A stretch of DNA of 62,277 bases from Candidatus Uhrbacteria bacterium (GCA_943359525.1 CALRHV010000004.1:1-62277), one strand, 5' to 3'. Numbered from the stretch's first letter, positions 10,886-20,712 are shown. The notes: generated by a model from the sequence alone, not told the origin. A program made the numbers and translations.

Positions 10886-11008
10886 AGAACTTTTTCATTT
10901 TAGGCTAGTTTCGATGCGCTAGGAGCAAAGTTCGCGAAACGTACTTCTCGGTACGTTGAGCGAATTTGCGACGCGGCAAGTCGAAAATAGACAAAATGAG
11001 GAAGTTCT
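10886..11008. repeat. 123-bp imperfect foldback (MITE-like hairpin)
   Basis: Nested IRs AGAACTT/AAGTTCT, TCATTTT/AAAATGA, TTTCGA/TCGAAA, GCAAAGTTCGC/GCGAATTTGC, AACGTAC/GTACGTT. Confidence 0.7.
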
Positions 11009-11030
11009 CTATAAGTGGTAAAATACAGTC

Positions 11031-12041
11031 ATGAACGAATGGAAGCATCGCGTGCGGGGGTTGCGCGAGGCTGTGGCATTTGCTGCGGTGTGTTTGATGA
11101 CGCTTGCGGCCGTAGCGTGTATTGGTGCGGTACTTTTGCTTCGCCCTGGCGCGGACAAGCTCGGTGTTACGTTTTCGAGTGCGTACTCTGAAGACTTACA
11201 TCTGAATCCGGAGGACGTGCTCACTGCCATAGTATCGGATCTTGGTGTGAAGCGTGTGCGTATTCCGGTGTATTGGAGTGATCAAGAAACTGCGCCAGGG
11301 GTGTATAACTTTTCTGCGCTGGATTCGTTGATGGCTATCGCCGAAGCACACGATACTGAAGTGACGCTCGTCATTGGTATGAAAGTCCCGCGTTGGCCGG
11401 AATGTTTTTTGCCAACGTTTGTGAATGGTCTGAATGAAGACGAGCTGAACGCTGCGGTGTATCGGTATGAACAGGCGCTTATTGGTCACGCGAAGTTTTA
11501 TCCGGCTCTTGTGCAATGGCAAGTGGAGAATGAGCCCTTGTTTCCGTATGGGAATTGTCCTGCACCGTCGCTTGAACGGTTGAAACATGAAGTTCAGCTT
11601 GTCCGCGGACTTGATACGGCTCATCCTATTATGCTCACGGTGAGCGGGGAGCAGGAGCCATGGCTCGATCTTTCGAGCATTGCGGATACGATTGGTGTGA
11701 GCATGTATCGGTTCGCGTATAACGATATGCTCGGTCCGATTGTGTTTCCGTACGAACCAATCTACTACCGTGCTCACGCAATGATCACAAAGCTTTTCGT
11801 AAACGATGTTGTCATTTCTGAGTTGCAAATGGAACCGTGGTTTACGGGTAATCCGCAGGAATCAGAGTCTATAGCGATTCCGTTCACTGCGAAAGATTTT
11901 GTTGATCACATGGATTTTGTGAAGCGAACGGGAATCCACGAGGTGTTGCTTTGGGGCGCAGAGTGGTGGTATTACCAGAAGGTTCATGGTGATCCTTCGC
12001 TGTGGAATATTGCCAAACAGACGTTCTCTGAATCGAAGTAG
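11031..12041 (+). CDS. Membrane-anchored clan GH-A glycoside hydrolase (GH5/GH42-like)
   Basis: N-terminal TM; VRIPVYWS, GMKVPRWPEC, WQVENEP (acid/base), ISELQMEPW (nucleophile). Confidence 0.75.
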   Translation: MNEWKHRVRGLREAVAFAAVCLMTLAAVACIGAVLLLRPGADKLGVTFSSAYSEDLHLNPEDVLTAIVSDLGVKRVRIPVYWSDQETAPGVYNFSALDSLMAIAEAHDTEVTLVIGMKVPRWPECFLPTFVNGLNEDELNAAVYRYEQALIGHAKFYPALVQWQVENEPLFPYGNCPAPSLERLKHEVQLVRGLDTAHPIMLTVSGEQEPWLDLSSIADTIGVSMYRFAYNDMLGPIVFPYEPIYYRAHAMITKLFVNDVVISELQMEPWFTGNPQESESIAIPFTAKDFVDHMDFVKRTGIHEVLLWGAEWWYYQKVHGDPSLWNIAKQTFSESK

Positions 12042-12045
12042 TCCT

Positions 12046-12290
12046 CAGTCATCCCCGCGACCTGTCCCCCGGAGGGGGAAGGCGGGGATCCAGTGACTGA
12101 CCGCTCGCTAGTGGCTCGGATACATTCTTCTGCACTCCGCGCGAATCCCCTACGCTGCGACGTCTCACTTCGTTCGACTGCAGCTGAGGGGCGCGTGCTC
12201 GTTGGAAGAATACATCCTCGCCACTCACGCTCGCGATGTCCTCGGTGCCACCCTTGATTCGTTCGTTCGCACAATTCATCTCCCCATTTC
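12046..12290. repeat. Structured intergenic element (REP family A with nested hairpin plus long stem)
   Basis: GTCATCCCCGCG[ACCTGTCCCCCGGAGGGGGAA]GGCGGGGATCCA; homologous to the reverse complement of 17107-17291. Confidence 0.85.
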
Positions 12291-12291
12291 T

Positions 12292-12969
12292 ATGCTCACT
12301 TTTGTTCAAGAAAAATTATTACAGCAGCTCACCACCAAGCGAGGGAGACGTGAGACAGAGATGTTTGTGATTGAGGGCGAAAAATTTGTTCGCGATGCTG
12401 GGGGATTGGTGGAGTTTACGTTTACACCTGCCGACACAGCCCGATTTGCAGAATACGTTTCCACGGAGACACCTCAGGGGTTCGCCGCAGTTGCGCGTAT
12501 TCCAAAGGTGACCATGAAGCGTTTTGCGGAGTCGGCAACAATCGTTGTTCTCGATGGCGTTCAAGATCCGGGGAATGTTGGGACGATTCTTCGTGCAGCG
12601 CTTGGCTTTGGCGCGAGCGTTCTCCTGGTCGAATCTGCAGAAGTCACAAACCCGAAGGTTGTTCGTGCATCGGCGAGCGCGATTTTGAGAACACCGTGGA
12701 TGATGGTTGCTCGAGAAGATGCTGGAGCGATCATTGCGTCGTTTTGTAGACCGGTGTATCGGCTCGAGCTTCGTGATGGCGCGCTGCTCCCGAACGATAT
12801 CCGCCCAGAGCCTTGTGTGGTTATTGCGGGAAGCGAAGGGGGCGGCATCACATTACCTGTTGCGGGAACGTCGATTGCGATTCCGCACAACCCAGCACTT
12901 GAATCGTTAAATGTTGGCGTTGCAACATCAATTATTTTGTATGAACGAAGTCGACAGCTCGCCGTTTAG
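12292..12969 (+). CDS. TrmH/SpoU family RNA 2'-O-methyltransferase
   Basis: FVIEGEK, ETPQG, LDGVQDPGNVGTILR, GSEGGG, ESLNVGVA. Confidence 0.9.
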   Translation: MLTFVQEKLLQQLTTKRGRRETEMFVIEGEKFVRDAGGLVEFTFTPADTARFAEYVSTETPQGFAAVARIPKVTMKRFAESATIVVLDGVQDPGNVGTILRAALGFGASVLLVESAEVTNPKVVRASASAILRTPWMMVAREDAGAIIASFCRPVYRLELRDGALLPNDIRPEPCVVIAGSEGGGITLPVAGTSIAIPHNPALESLNVGVATSIILYERSRQLAV

Positions 12970-14116
12970 CATTATTGCGGAGCACGGTGCTGCGCGACGG
13001 GGAACGTTGCGCACAATGCACGGCGCTGTGGAGACGCCGGTGTTTATGCCAATCGCTACAGCCGGCGCGCTTAAAACGCTGCTGCCGAGCGAGGTAGCGA
13101 ATCTTGGCGCGTCGATTATTTTGGGAAACACGTATCATCTTTTGCTCCGCCCCGGCGAGGAAGAGCTGAAAAAATTTGGAGGCGTTCGTCCGTTTATGCA
13201 TTGGGACGGGCCGTTGCTCACCGACAGTGGGGGGTATCAAGTGTTTAGTTTATCGAAGCTAAACAAGACGGATGACGACGGCGTCACGTTTCAGTCGCAC
13301 ATCGATGGCAGCATGCATCGGCTCACTGCGGAACGATCAATGGAAATTCAAGACGCAATTGGTTCGTCAATCCGCATGCAGTTCGACGACGTCGCCGCAG
13401 GGAACTCGTCTCGCGATCGATACACTGAGGCGATGGAGCGTTCGCTCCGTTGGGCTGTGCGGTCGAAAAAACGATTTGATGAGCTCGTCACTGATCCGAC
13501 CAACCGACCACTCCTTTTCGGCATCGTCCAAGGCGGAACGCATCACGATCTTCGAATGCGATCTCTTCAAGGACTCGTCGATATTGGATTCGATGGTTAC
13601 GCGATCGGCGGACTATCGGTCGGAGAGTCTCGTGAAGATACGTTTCGTATTGTGCGATCGTTAGTAAAGGAGATGCCGGCGAATCGTCCACGATATTTTA
13701 TGGGCGGAGGAATGCCAGAGGAAATTGTGGCGTACGTTTCGTTCGGCGTCGATATGTTTGATTGCGTGTTGCCAACGCGCAATGCTCGACATGGTTCGCT
13801 GTTTGTTTGGAAGGGGGATCCGAAGGAGGCGGTGCGTGAAGCGTTTGCGCGAGCAATGGATGGTGCTGCTGATTTTCGTATCGCAGAAGCACTGTACGAA
13901 AAGATTCAAATTACCAATGAGCGGTTTACTGCAGATGAATCTCCGATCGATTCTTGGAACGATGCTGAAACATCGAAAACGTTTTCTCGGGCGTATCTTC
14001 GCCACCTGTTTAAAACTGGTGAAACGCTCGGACTTCGGTTGGCGACCCTGCAAAACCTGGGTTTTTACTTGAGAATGATGCAGGAATTACGTTTGATCAC
14101 AGCGAATCCCTTGTGA
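12941..14116 (+). CDS. tgt: tRNA-guanine transglycosylase (atypical: Zn ligands absent)
   Basis: ETPVFMP, LGNTYHL, TDSGGYQVFSL, FGIVQGG, GGLSVGE, DMFDCVLPTRNARHG, SRAYLRHL. Confidence 0.93.
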   Translation: MNEVDSSPFSIIAEHGAARRGTLRTMHGAVETPVFMPIATAGALKTLLPSEVANLGASIILGNTYHLLLRPGEEELKKFGGVRPFMHWDGPLLTDSGGYQVFSLSKLNKTDDDGVTFQSHIDGSMHRLTAERSMEIQDAIGSSIRMQFDDVAAGNSSRDRYTEAMERSLRWAVRSKKRFDELVTDPTNRPLLFGIVQGGTHHDLRMRSLQGLVDIGFDGYAIGGLSVGESREDTFRIVRSLVKEMPANRPRYFMGGGMPEEIVAYVSFGVDMFDCVLPTRNARHGSLFVWKGDPKEAVREAFARAMDGAADFRIAEALYEKIQITNERFTADESPIDSWNDAETSKTFSRAYLRHLFKTGETLGLRLATLQNLGFYLRMMQELRLITANPL

Positions 14117-14148
14117 AAACTCTCAATTTTGCCTAGAATGCTCGCACT

Positions 14149-16146
14149 ATGAATCGTACTGCGATTGGTGCGTTTTTCCTTGTCGTGTTCGCTGTAGGCG
14201 CCGGTATCCTTTCCTTTCCGAAAGAATGGAACGGTGCAATGGTTGCAATGAAGGACAAGGTGGGTTTCCATCTTCCGTATGTTCCGGAAAATGACTTTAC
14301 GCTTGGGCTCGACCTCAAGGGCGGCGCGCACTTGGTGTACGAGGCCGACATGACGTCGATTGACGAGGCGGAGCGCGAAACGGCGCTTGGTGGAATTCGC
14401 GATGTAGTGGAGCGTCGTGTGAATGCATTCGGTATTTCTGAACCTATCGTGCAAACCAACATTGCCGACGGTCACTACCGTGTGCTCGTAGACCTTCCTG
14501 GTGTTACTGACGTGAAGGACGCTATTGCACAGATTGGCGAAACGCCAGTGTTAACATTCCGTGTTCCCGTTACCGATGTCAGCACAACCCCAACGGCTGA
14601 ACAGCAAGCACAAATCGATGCCGCGCAAAAAACAGAACGTGTCGACGCGCTCGCGGTGATGGATCGCGCGCTTGCCGGCGAAGATTTCACTACGCTCGCA
14701 AAGCAATATTCAATCGATTCCACCACGAAAGACGATGGCGGTTACGTTGGATTTATTGCTGCTGCCGACGCAGAGTACGACGGACTCGTGACGCAGCTTG
14801 AGAAGGGCCGTACAAAGTTTGGTGTGGTGAACGGCTTGTACGAGGGCACGAGCAAAATGCACATCGTGAAGTACATCAGCAAGAAAACAGAATCCGAACC
14901 ACGTATTTCCCACATTCTTATCTGTTACGCTGGCGCGCCGAGCTGTACGCAGTCTCGAACAAAGGAGGAGGCTCTTGCGCTCGCAACACAGCTTCACACA
15001 GAAGCAACCACAAAAAACTTTGCCGACCTCGCGAAAACAAATTCCGACGATGGTGGGAGTAAAGACGCTGGTGGAGACGTCGACTACGTTCCTCGCGGAA
15101 AAATGGTGAAGCCGTTTGAAGACGCGGCATACGCGCTTCGCGACACCAAGATTTCTGAGGTTGTGGAATCAGAGTTCGGGTACCATATTTTGTATCGTGT
15201 CGGTTCTCGTCCATCGCGCAGCTATGAAATTGCGCAGATTGAAATGCCATGGACAACCGCGTCGGATATTCTCGTTGTTGACCCGTGGAAGAATACGGAG
15301 CTTTCTGGAAAAGACGTAAAACACGCATCGGTCGCGTTCGATCAGACCACTGGTGCGCCGTACATTGTGCTCGACTTTAACGAGAACGGAACGCAGCTTT
15401 TTGGCGATCTTACAAAAGAAAACGTTGGAAAGGTTATTGGTATTTTCTTGGACGGTCAGCCAATTACTACTCCAGTAGTTCAGGAGCCAATTTACGGTGG
15501 TCAGGCTTCCATTACCGGAAGCTTCACTATCGCAGAAGCGAAGTTGCTCGCGCAACGATTGAATGCCGGTGCATTGCCAGTGCCAATTTCCGTTGTGAGC
15601 CAGCAAACGATCGGTCCAGCGCTTGGAACCGCGTCGCTTGATCTGAGCGTGAAGGCGGGATTAATCGGATTCTTGCTCGTGGCGCTGTTCGTGGTTGGTT
15701 ACTATCGACTTCCTGGTGTGGTTGCCGTTGGTGCACTTGGCGTGTATGCCATTATCAACTTGGCGCTCTTCAAAATTCTCGGTGTGACCATTACGCTTTC
15801 CGGTATTGCGGGATTCATCTTCTCACTCGGAATTGCGGTTGACGCGAACGTGCTGATCTTTGAGCGATTGAAAGAAGAACTTCGCAGTGGTCGCGATCTC
15901 CCAACGGCAATGGAGGAGGCCTTCCGCCGTGCGTGGCCTTCTATTCGTGACGGAAATGCCACCACACTTATTGCGACGGCGATTTTGTACACGATGACGT
16001 CTGGATCGGTTCGTGGATTCGCTCTGACGTTGGCGCTCGGTGTGTTCGTTTCGTTGTTCTGCGCCTTCGTGGTGGGTCGCTTTGTGCTTCGCAGACTTGC
16101 CCGTATGCCAAAGCTCCGCAAGCCATTCTTCTTCCTTGGTCTCTAA
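14149..16146 (+). CDS. secD: Protein translocase subunit SecD with internal parvulin (rotamase)-like domains
   Basis: LGLDLKGG, RRVNAFGISEP, LNAGALP, GIAVDANVLIFERLKEE, DGNATTLI; inserted ISHILI...SDD.GS...GGD...MVKPFEDAAY...SEFGYHIL. Confidence 0.95.
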   Translation: MNRTAIGAFFLVVFAVGAGILSFPKEWNGAMVAMKDKVGFHLPYVPENDFTLGLDLKGGAHLVYEADMTSIDEAERETALGGIRDVVERRVNAFGISEPIVQTNIADGHYRVLVDLPGVTDVKDAIAQIGETPVLTFRVPVTDVSTTPTAEQQAQIDAAQKTERVDALAVMDRALAGEDFTTLAKQYSIDSTTKDDGGYVGFIAAADAEYDGLVTQLEKGRTKFGVVNGLYEGTSKMHIVKYISKKTESEPRISHILICYAGAPSCTQSRTKEEALALATQLHTEATTKNFADLAKTNSDDGGSKDAGGDVDYVPRGKMVKPFEDAAYALRDTKISEVVESEFGYHILYRVGSRPSRSYEIAQIEMPWTTASDILVVDPWKNTELSGKDVKHASVAFDQTTGAPYIVLDFNENGTQLFGDLTKENVGKVIGIFLDGQPITTPVVQEPIYGGQASITGSFTIAEAKLLAQRLNAGALPVPISVVSQQTIGPALGTASLDLSVKAGLIGFLLVALFVVGYYRLPGVVAVGALGVYAIINLALFKILGVTITLSGIAGFIFSLGIAVDANVLIFERLKEELRSGRDLPTAMEEAFRRAWPSIRDGNATTLIATAILYTMTSGSVRGFALTLALGVFVSLFCAFVVGRFVLRRLARMPKLRKPFFFLGL

Positions 16147-16151
16147 ATCCT

Positions 16152-17054
16152 ATGAAATTCTCCTTAAACGTTATTGGCCACTCAAAACTGTGGTTGGCGA
16201 TCTCTGGCGGTATCATTGTGGTTGCGTTCATTGCGTTGTTTACCTACGGATTGAACTTCGGTATCGACTTTACCGGCGGAAGCTTGCTCCAAGTGAACGC
16301 ACCTGCAACGTCCGTTGAGGCATTGCGCAATGGCGTTGCCACCGCGGGATTCGAATCTGTGGTTCAGCAAGGCGAGGGTGACGCCTATTTCGTTCGTCTT
16401 GCGCCGGTGACTGAAGAAGAGCATCAAGCCATCTTCACTGCGGTAAAAACCGTTTCTCCCGATGCGGCAGAGATTCGTTTTGACACTGTCGGCCCGGTGA
16501 TCGGCGGTGAACTCGAGAGTGCATCCGTGAAGGCAACGGCGCTGATGCTCCTGCTCATCACGCTGTACGTGGCGTGGGCATTCCGAAAGGTCACTCGTCC
16601 TGTTGCGTCGTGGAAATACGGCGTGGTGACGATGATCGCAGCGTTCCACGACGTCATTATTCCGCTTGGCGTGTTCGCTGTTCTTGGTCATTACTTTGGG
16701 TACCAAGTAGACATGGCGTTCGTTGCGGCAGTGCTGACGATTCTTGGATACTCCATTAACGACACTATCGTGGTGCTTGATCGAACGCGTGAGAATCTCA
16801 TTCGTCATCGTCACGGTGATGCGTCGTTCGGGGCTATTGTGAATAAAAGCGTTGTAGAGACGTTTGCTCGTTCAATCAACACCACGTTTGCAACGATGCT
16901 TCCACTTCTCGCCGTTTTTATTGTTGGTGGTGCAACCACTCGTCCATTCGTCCTTGCCCTCATTATTGGTATGCTCTCCGGAGCATATTCATCCATCTTC
17001 GTCGCAAGTCCTTTGCTTGTAGAATGGGAAAAATGGAGAGCTCACCGAACATAG
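16152..17054 (+). CDS. secF: Protein translocase subunit SecF
   Basis: GIDFTGG, VGPVIG, FHDV, GYSINDTIVVLDRTREN, RSINT, GAYSSIFVASP. Confidence 0.95.
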   Translation: MKFSLNVIGHSKLWLAISGGIIVVAFIALFTYGLNFGIDFTGGSLLQVNAPATSVEALRNGVATAGFESVVQQGEGDAYFVRLAPVTEEEHQAIFTAVKTVSPDAAEIRFDTVGPVIGGELESASVKATALMLLLITLYVAWAFRKVTRPVASWKYGVVTMIAAFHDVIIPLGVFAVLGHYFGYQVDMAFVAAVLTILGYSINDTIVVLDRTRENLIRHRHGDASFGAIVNKSVVETFARSINTTFATMLPLLAVFIVGGATTRPFVLALIIGMLSGAYSSIFVASPLLVEWEKWRAHRT

Positions 17055-17077
17055 AAACTTACTCAATTACCTCAAAT

Positions 17078-17104
17078 CGAGCTCGAAAGAGCTCGTTTTG
17101 GTTT
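17078..17104 (+). terminator. Probable intrinsic terminator after secF
   Basis: CGAGCTC-GAAA-GAGCTCG followed by TTTTGGTTT. Confidence 0.65.
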
Positions 17105-17106
17105 GG

Positions 17107-17291
17107 AGGAATCGCGAAGCGCCAGTGGCGAGGATGTGTGATTCAAACGAGCACCCCGCCTCTCGCGAGAGGCGGGGTCGCAGCGTAGGGGATTTGCGCG
17201 GAGTGCAGAATTACACATCCGAGCCACTAGCGTAGCGATAGCTGATGGATCCCCGCCTTCCCCATCCGGGGACAGGTCGCGAGGATGACTG
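17107..17291. repeat. Inverted copy of the 12046 structured element
   Basis: Reverse complement aligns over about 185 bp with 12046-12240. Confidence 0.85.
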
Positions 17292-17334
17292 AAGAGATTT
17301 CTGCCGTGCTATAATCAGGAGGACTTTATCGCCT

Positions 17335-18801
17335 ATGATTGGCATCGCAATTCACCTTCCAACCGTTGTCGTGCACTACCTTAAGGTGACGCCTCTTCCG
17401 CTCATGATGACGCAGGCTCTGCTGCTCATTGGTTGGATTCCAATCCTTGGCGTTATTATTTGGGGTTTAACGCACATTTGGCAAGACTATAAACAGGGCT
17501 TGTACGCAAAAACTCTTAAATGGCAGATTCTCTCAGTGAATGTTCCGCAGGACGCGATCAACACGCCAAAGGGCATGGAGAACTTTTTTGTGAATCTTTC
17601 CGGCGTGAAGTCGGGAATTACCTGGAGAGAAAAGTGGCTTGTTGGAAAAGAACAGGCGTCGTTTAGCTTTGAAATCGTGAGCAACGAAGGAAAGATTCAG
17701 TTCATTATTCGTACGATCGACAAATATCGTGATTTGGTTGAGGCGGCGTTGTATGCGCAGTATCCAGAAGCGCAGATTACCGAAATTCAAGATTACGCCA
17801 TGGCTATTCCACGGGAGTATCCCAACAACGAATACGATGTGTTCGGTGGTGAATTAGCGTTGTCGAATAAAGCATTCTTTCCAATTCGAACATTCGAAGA
17901 CTTTGAACATCAGGGCGAGAAAGACTTCCGTTTTAAGGATCCATTGCTGCCAATTATTGAAATGATGGGAAAAATGCGCGAGAAAGAACACTATTGGATT
18001 CAGTTCATTATTCGTCCCCCAGACGATCAGAGCTGGACGAAGGAAGGCATCGCGTATCTTAATAAAATGATGGGCAAGGAAGAGAAGCATGCGCCGGGCT
18101 TTATGGACGCTATTACGGAAAGCGCGCTATGGCTTCCGAAGGGAGTTGCGGCGCAGTTAATAGGATTTGGTGCCCCAGCAGATGGCCACAAGGAGGAAAA
18201 GAAGGACGACTTCCGCATGTTCCGCATGACTCCTCAGGAGAAAGTGATGCTTGATAGTGTTGCGGATAAAATTTCGAAGGTTGGGTGGAAAACGAAGATT
18301 CGGTTCTTGTACGCTGGTCCAAAAACGGACTTCCGCAAGGGATTGATGGCAAGTTCCATGAAAGGCATGTGGGCGGTATTTACGAATCAAAATTTGAACA
18401 GCTTAAGTTTGCATGGTCCGGCAATTCCGAAGGACGACTACTTCTGGCAGAAATGGAAAATGCCGGAGAAGCAACGGAATCTTGTTGAGCGATATCAGGG
18501 TCGTAAGGGTGGGGCTGGTGGAAGCTGGCAAATGTTGAACACCACAGAGCTCGCGACGTTATTTCACTTTCCAGCAGCAGATGCTCGTACCCCTGTTCTT
18601 TCTACAACTGGAGCGCGCCGTGCGGAGGCTCCAAATACTTTGGAGTTTGCAATACATAATGAGCCGCAGCTTCAAAACTGGAAACTGCAAAATGCCGACG
18701 CGAAGGAGGAAGAGCGTGTACAGAGCCTTCCTATTGCACCACTGCGTGTACCAACCCCAATGTCTCCAACAGAAGACGCGCCACCAAACCTTCCGATGTA
18801 A
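17335..18801 (+). CDS. Hypothetical N-anchored protein partnering the downstream TraD/VirD4-like ATPase
   Basis: N-terminal TM, SFEIVS, LYAQYPEAQITE, LNTTELATLFHFP; immediately upstream of the ATPase. Confidence 0.65.
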   Translation: MIGIAIHLPTVVVHYLKVTPLPLMMTQALLLIGWIPILGVIIWGLTHIWQDYKQGLYAKTLKWQILSVNVPQDAINTPKGMENFFVNLSGVKSGITWREKWLVGKEQASFSFEIVSNEGKIQFIIRTIDKYRDLVEAALYAQYPEAQITEIQDYAMAIPREYPNNEYDVFGGELALSNKAFFPIRTFEDFEHQGEKDFRFKDPLLPIIEMMGKMREKEHYWIQFIIRPPDDQSWTKEGIAYLNKMMGKEEKHAPGFMDAITESALWLPKGVAAQLIGFGAPADGHKEEKKDDFRMFRMTPQEKVMLDSVADKISKVGWKTKIRFLYAGPKTDFRKGLMASSMKGMWAVFTNQNLNSLSLHGPAIPKDDYFWQKWKMPEKQRNLVERYQGRKGGAGGSWQMLNTTELATLFHFPAADARTPVLSTTGARRAEAPNTLEFAIHNEPQLQNWKLQNADAKEEERVQSLPIAPLRVPTPMSPTEDAPPNLPM

Positions 18802-18807
18802 TTTGCT

Positions 18808-20712
18808 ATGCGCTACGAACACGACCACGAAAAAGACATTGTCTATTTTGGCCAAACAAATTTCCGCAATCAAATGCGGAGGTTTGGCATTAAAACAGAC
18901 GACCGTCGTCGCCACATGTATATTGTGGGAAAGACGGGTATGGGAAAGACGGTGCTTTTAGAAAACATGATTCTTGCGGATATTTACGCGGGGCATGGTT
19001 GTGCATACATCGATCCGCACGGAGACACCATCACAAAAATTCTTGATTACATTCCTTCGTGGCGTATTAATGACGTAGTGTATTTTAATCCGGCAGATGC
19101 AGATTTTCCTGTTGCGTTTAACATGCTGGAGAAAACGGAAGGCTGGGAAAACGTAAAAGATTACAATGCGAAAGTGATGTATAGTCTTCTTTCGATTTTT
19201 AAGAAAGTGTGGGAGAACGTGTGGAGTGCCCGCATGGAATACATTCTGCAGTACACGATTCTTGCACTCTTGGACACCCCGGGAACAACGCTCCTTGGTA
19301 TTAACCGCATGTTGTCGGACAAGGAGTATCGCACGGAAATCGTGCAGAACGTAAAGGATCCAATGGTTCAGGCATTCTGGCTCAAGGAATTTGCGCAATA
19401 CGACGTAAAATTTGCTGCAGAGGCTTCTGCGCCAATTCAAAATAAAGTTGGACAGTTCTTGGCGTCAACGATGATGCGAAACATCGTTGCGCAATCAAAA
19501 TCGTCCTTTAATTTCCGTGAAGTGATGGACGGTCAGAAGATCCTTCTTATCAACCTTTCGAAGGGTCAAATAGGTGAAGATGCGATGCGTATTCTTGGCG
19601 GAATGTTGATTACGAAAATCTACATGTCGGCCATGGAGCGTGTGAACATTCGCGACGAAAATGAACGACAAGATTTTTATTTGTACGTGGATGAATTTCA
19701 GAACTTTGCGACGGAATCGTTTGCGGATATTTTGTCTGAAGCCCGAAAGTACCGACTGAATCTGATCATCGCACATCAGTACATCGCGCAGCTCGACAGC
19801 ATGACGTCTACCGCGGTTCGCGACGCCGTGTTTGGTAACGTTGGGAGTTTGATTACATTCCGTATTGGAGCGAAAGATGCGGAATTCTTGGAAAGTGAAT
19901 TCATGCCAAGATTTTTGCCGGAAGACTTGATCAACCTCGCAAAATACAACATTTATTTGAAACTCATGATTGATGGCGTGAGCAGCCAGCCATTCTCGGC
20001 AATGACGCTTCCGCCAATTGGTCAGCGCACAGGAAGCGAGGATAAGGTCGTTGAACAGTCGCGTGAGCGATTCGGCGGAAACCGCAAGATGATTGAAGAC
20101 CATGTGATGACGTGGAGTGGGTTTGATCCAAATATTAATGTTGGTGAGGCGTTAGCGAAGGTTGCCGCAGAAAAGAAGGAAGCAAAAAAGGCACGATTCG
20201 CTCATGAGTACACCTGTGCTCGTTGTGAAAAATTATTTACGTTGCCAGTAGAGCTCGATAAGAGCAGACCAATTTATTGCGACGATTGCCATGCGCTCAT
20301 CGTTGAGGAACGGAAGAAGAAGGGGTCATCAAAACCGCCACAGGGAAAACAGTACGCTCCTGAACCGCCAAAGATTTCAACGAGCGAAATGATTGTGAAA
20401 CCAACGCCAGGGGAGGCCTCACTTGAGGAGCTTCAGCCACGTCCAGCGACGCCAGCTCCAGCAGCTCCGATTGTGCCGATTCCTAGGCCTATTCCTCCTG
20501 TGTTGTCGGCTCCGATTGTGCCAACCACAGAAGGCCAGCCGGCAAAGAAAAAGCGTCGTCGGAAGAAGAAACCATCAGGTCTTGGTTCATCGATGACGCC
20601 AATCCCAAACCCAGCGCCTCGACCAGTTAAAGATTCTGTTGCCGCGGCAATGTCTGCCGGCCCTGTTCCAACTCCCGTTGCTCCCGGTGAGCGGATTAGT
20701 TTCGACGCGTAA
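18808..20712 (+). CDS. TraD/TrwB/VirD4-like (DUF87/HerA) ATPase with CxxC-x17-CxxC domain and Pro/Lys-rich tail
   Basis: IVGKTGMGKT (Walker A), IDPHGD, YVDEFQNF (Walker B), EARKYRL..AHQY, CARC...YCDDC. Confidence 0.85.
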   Translation: MRYEHDHEKDIVYFGQTNFRNQMRRFGIKTDDRRRHMYIVGKTGMGKTVLLENMILADIYAGHGCAYIDPHGDTITKILDYIPSWRINDVVYFNPADADFPVAFNMLEKTEGWENVKDYNAKVMYSLLSIFKKVWENVWSARMEYILQYTILALLDTPGTTLLGINRMLSDKEYRTEIVQNVKDPMVQAFWLKEFAQYDVKFAAEASAPIQNKVGQFLASTMMRNIVAQSKSSFNFREVMDGQKILLINLSKGQIGEDAMRILGGMLITKIYMSAMERVNIRDENERQDFYLYVDEFQNFATESFADILSEARKYRLNLIIAHQYIAQLDSMTSTAVRDAVFGNVGSLITFRIGAKDAEFLESEFMPRFLPEDLINLAKYNIYLKLMIDGVSSQPFSAMTLPPIGQRTGSEDKVVEQSRERFGGNRKMIEDHVMTWSGFDPNINVGEALAKVAAEKKEAKKARFAHEYTCARCEKLFTLPVELDKSRPIYCDDCHALIVEERKKKGSSKPPQGKQYAPEPPKISTSEMIVKPTPGEASLEELQPRPATPAPAAPIVPIPRPIPPVLSAPIVPTTEGQPAKKKRRRKKKPSGLGSSMTPIPNPAPRPVKDSVAAAMSAGPVPTPVAPGERISFDA

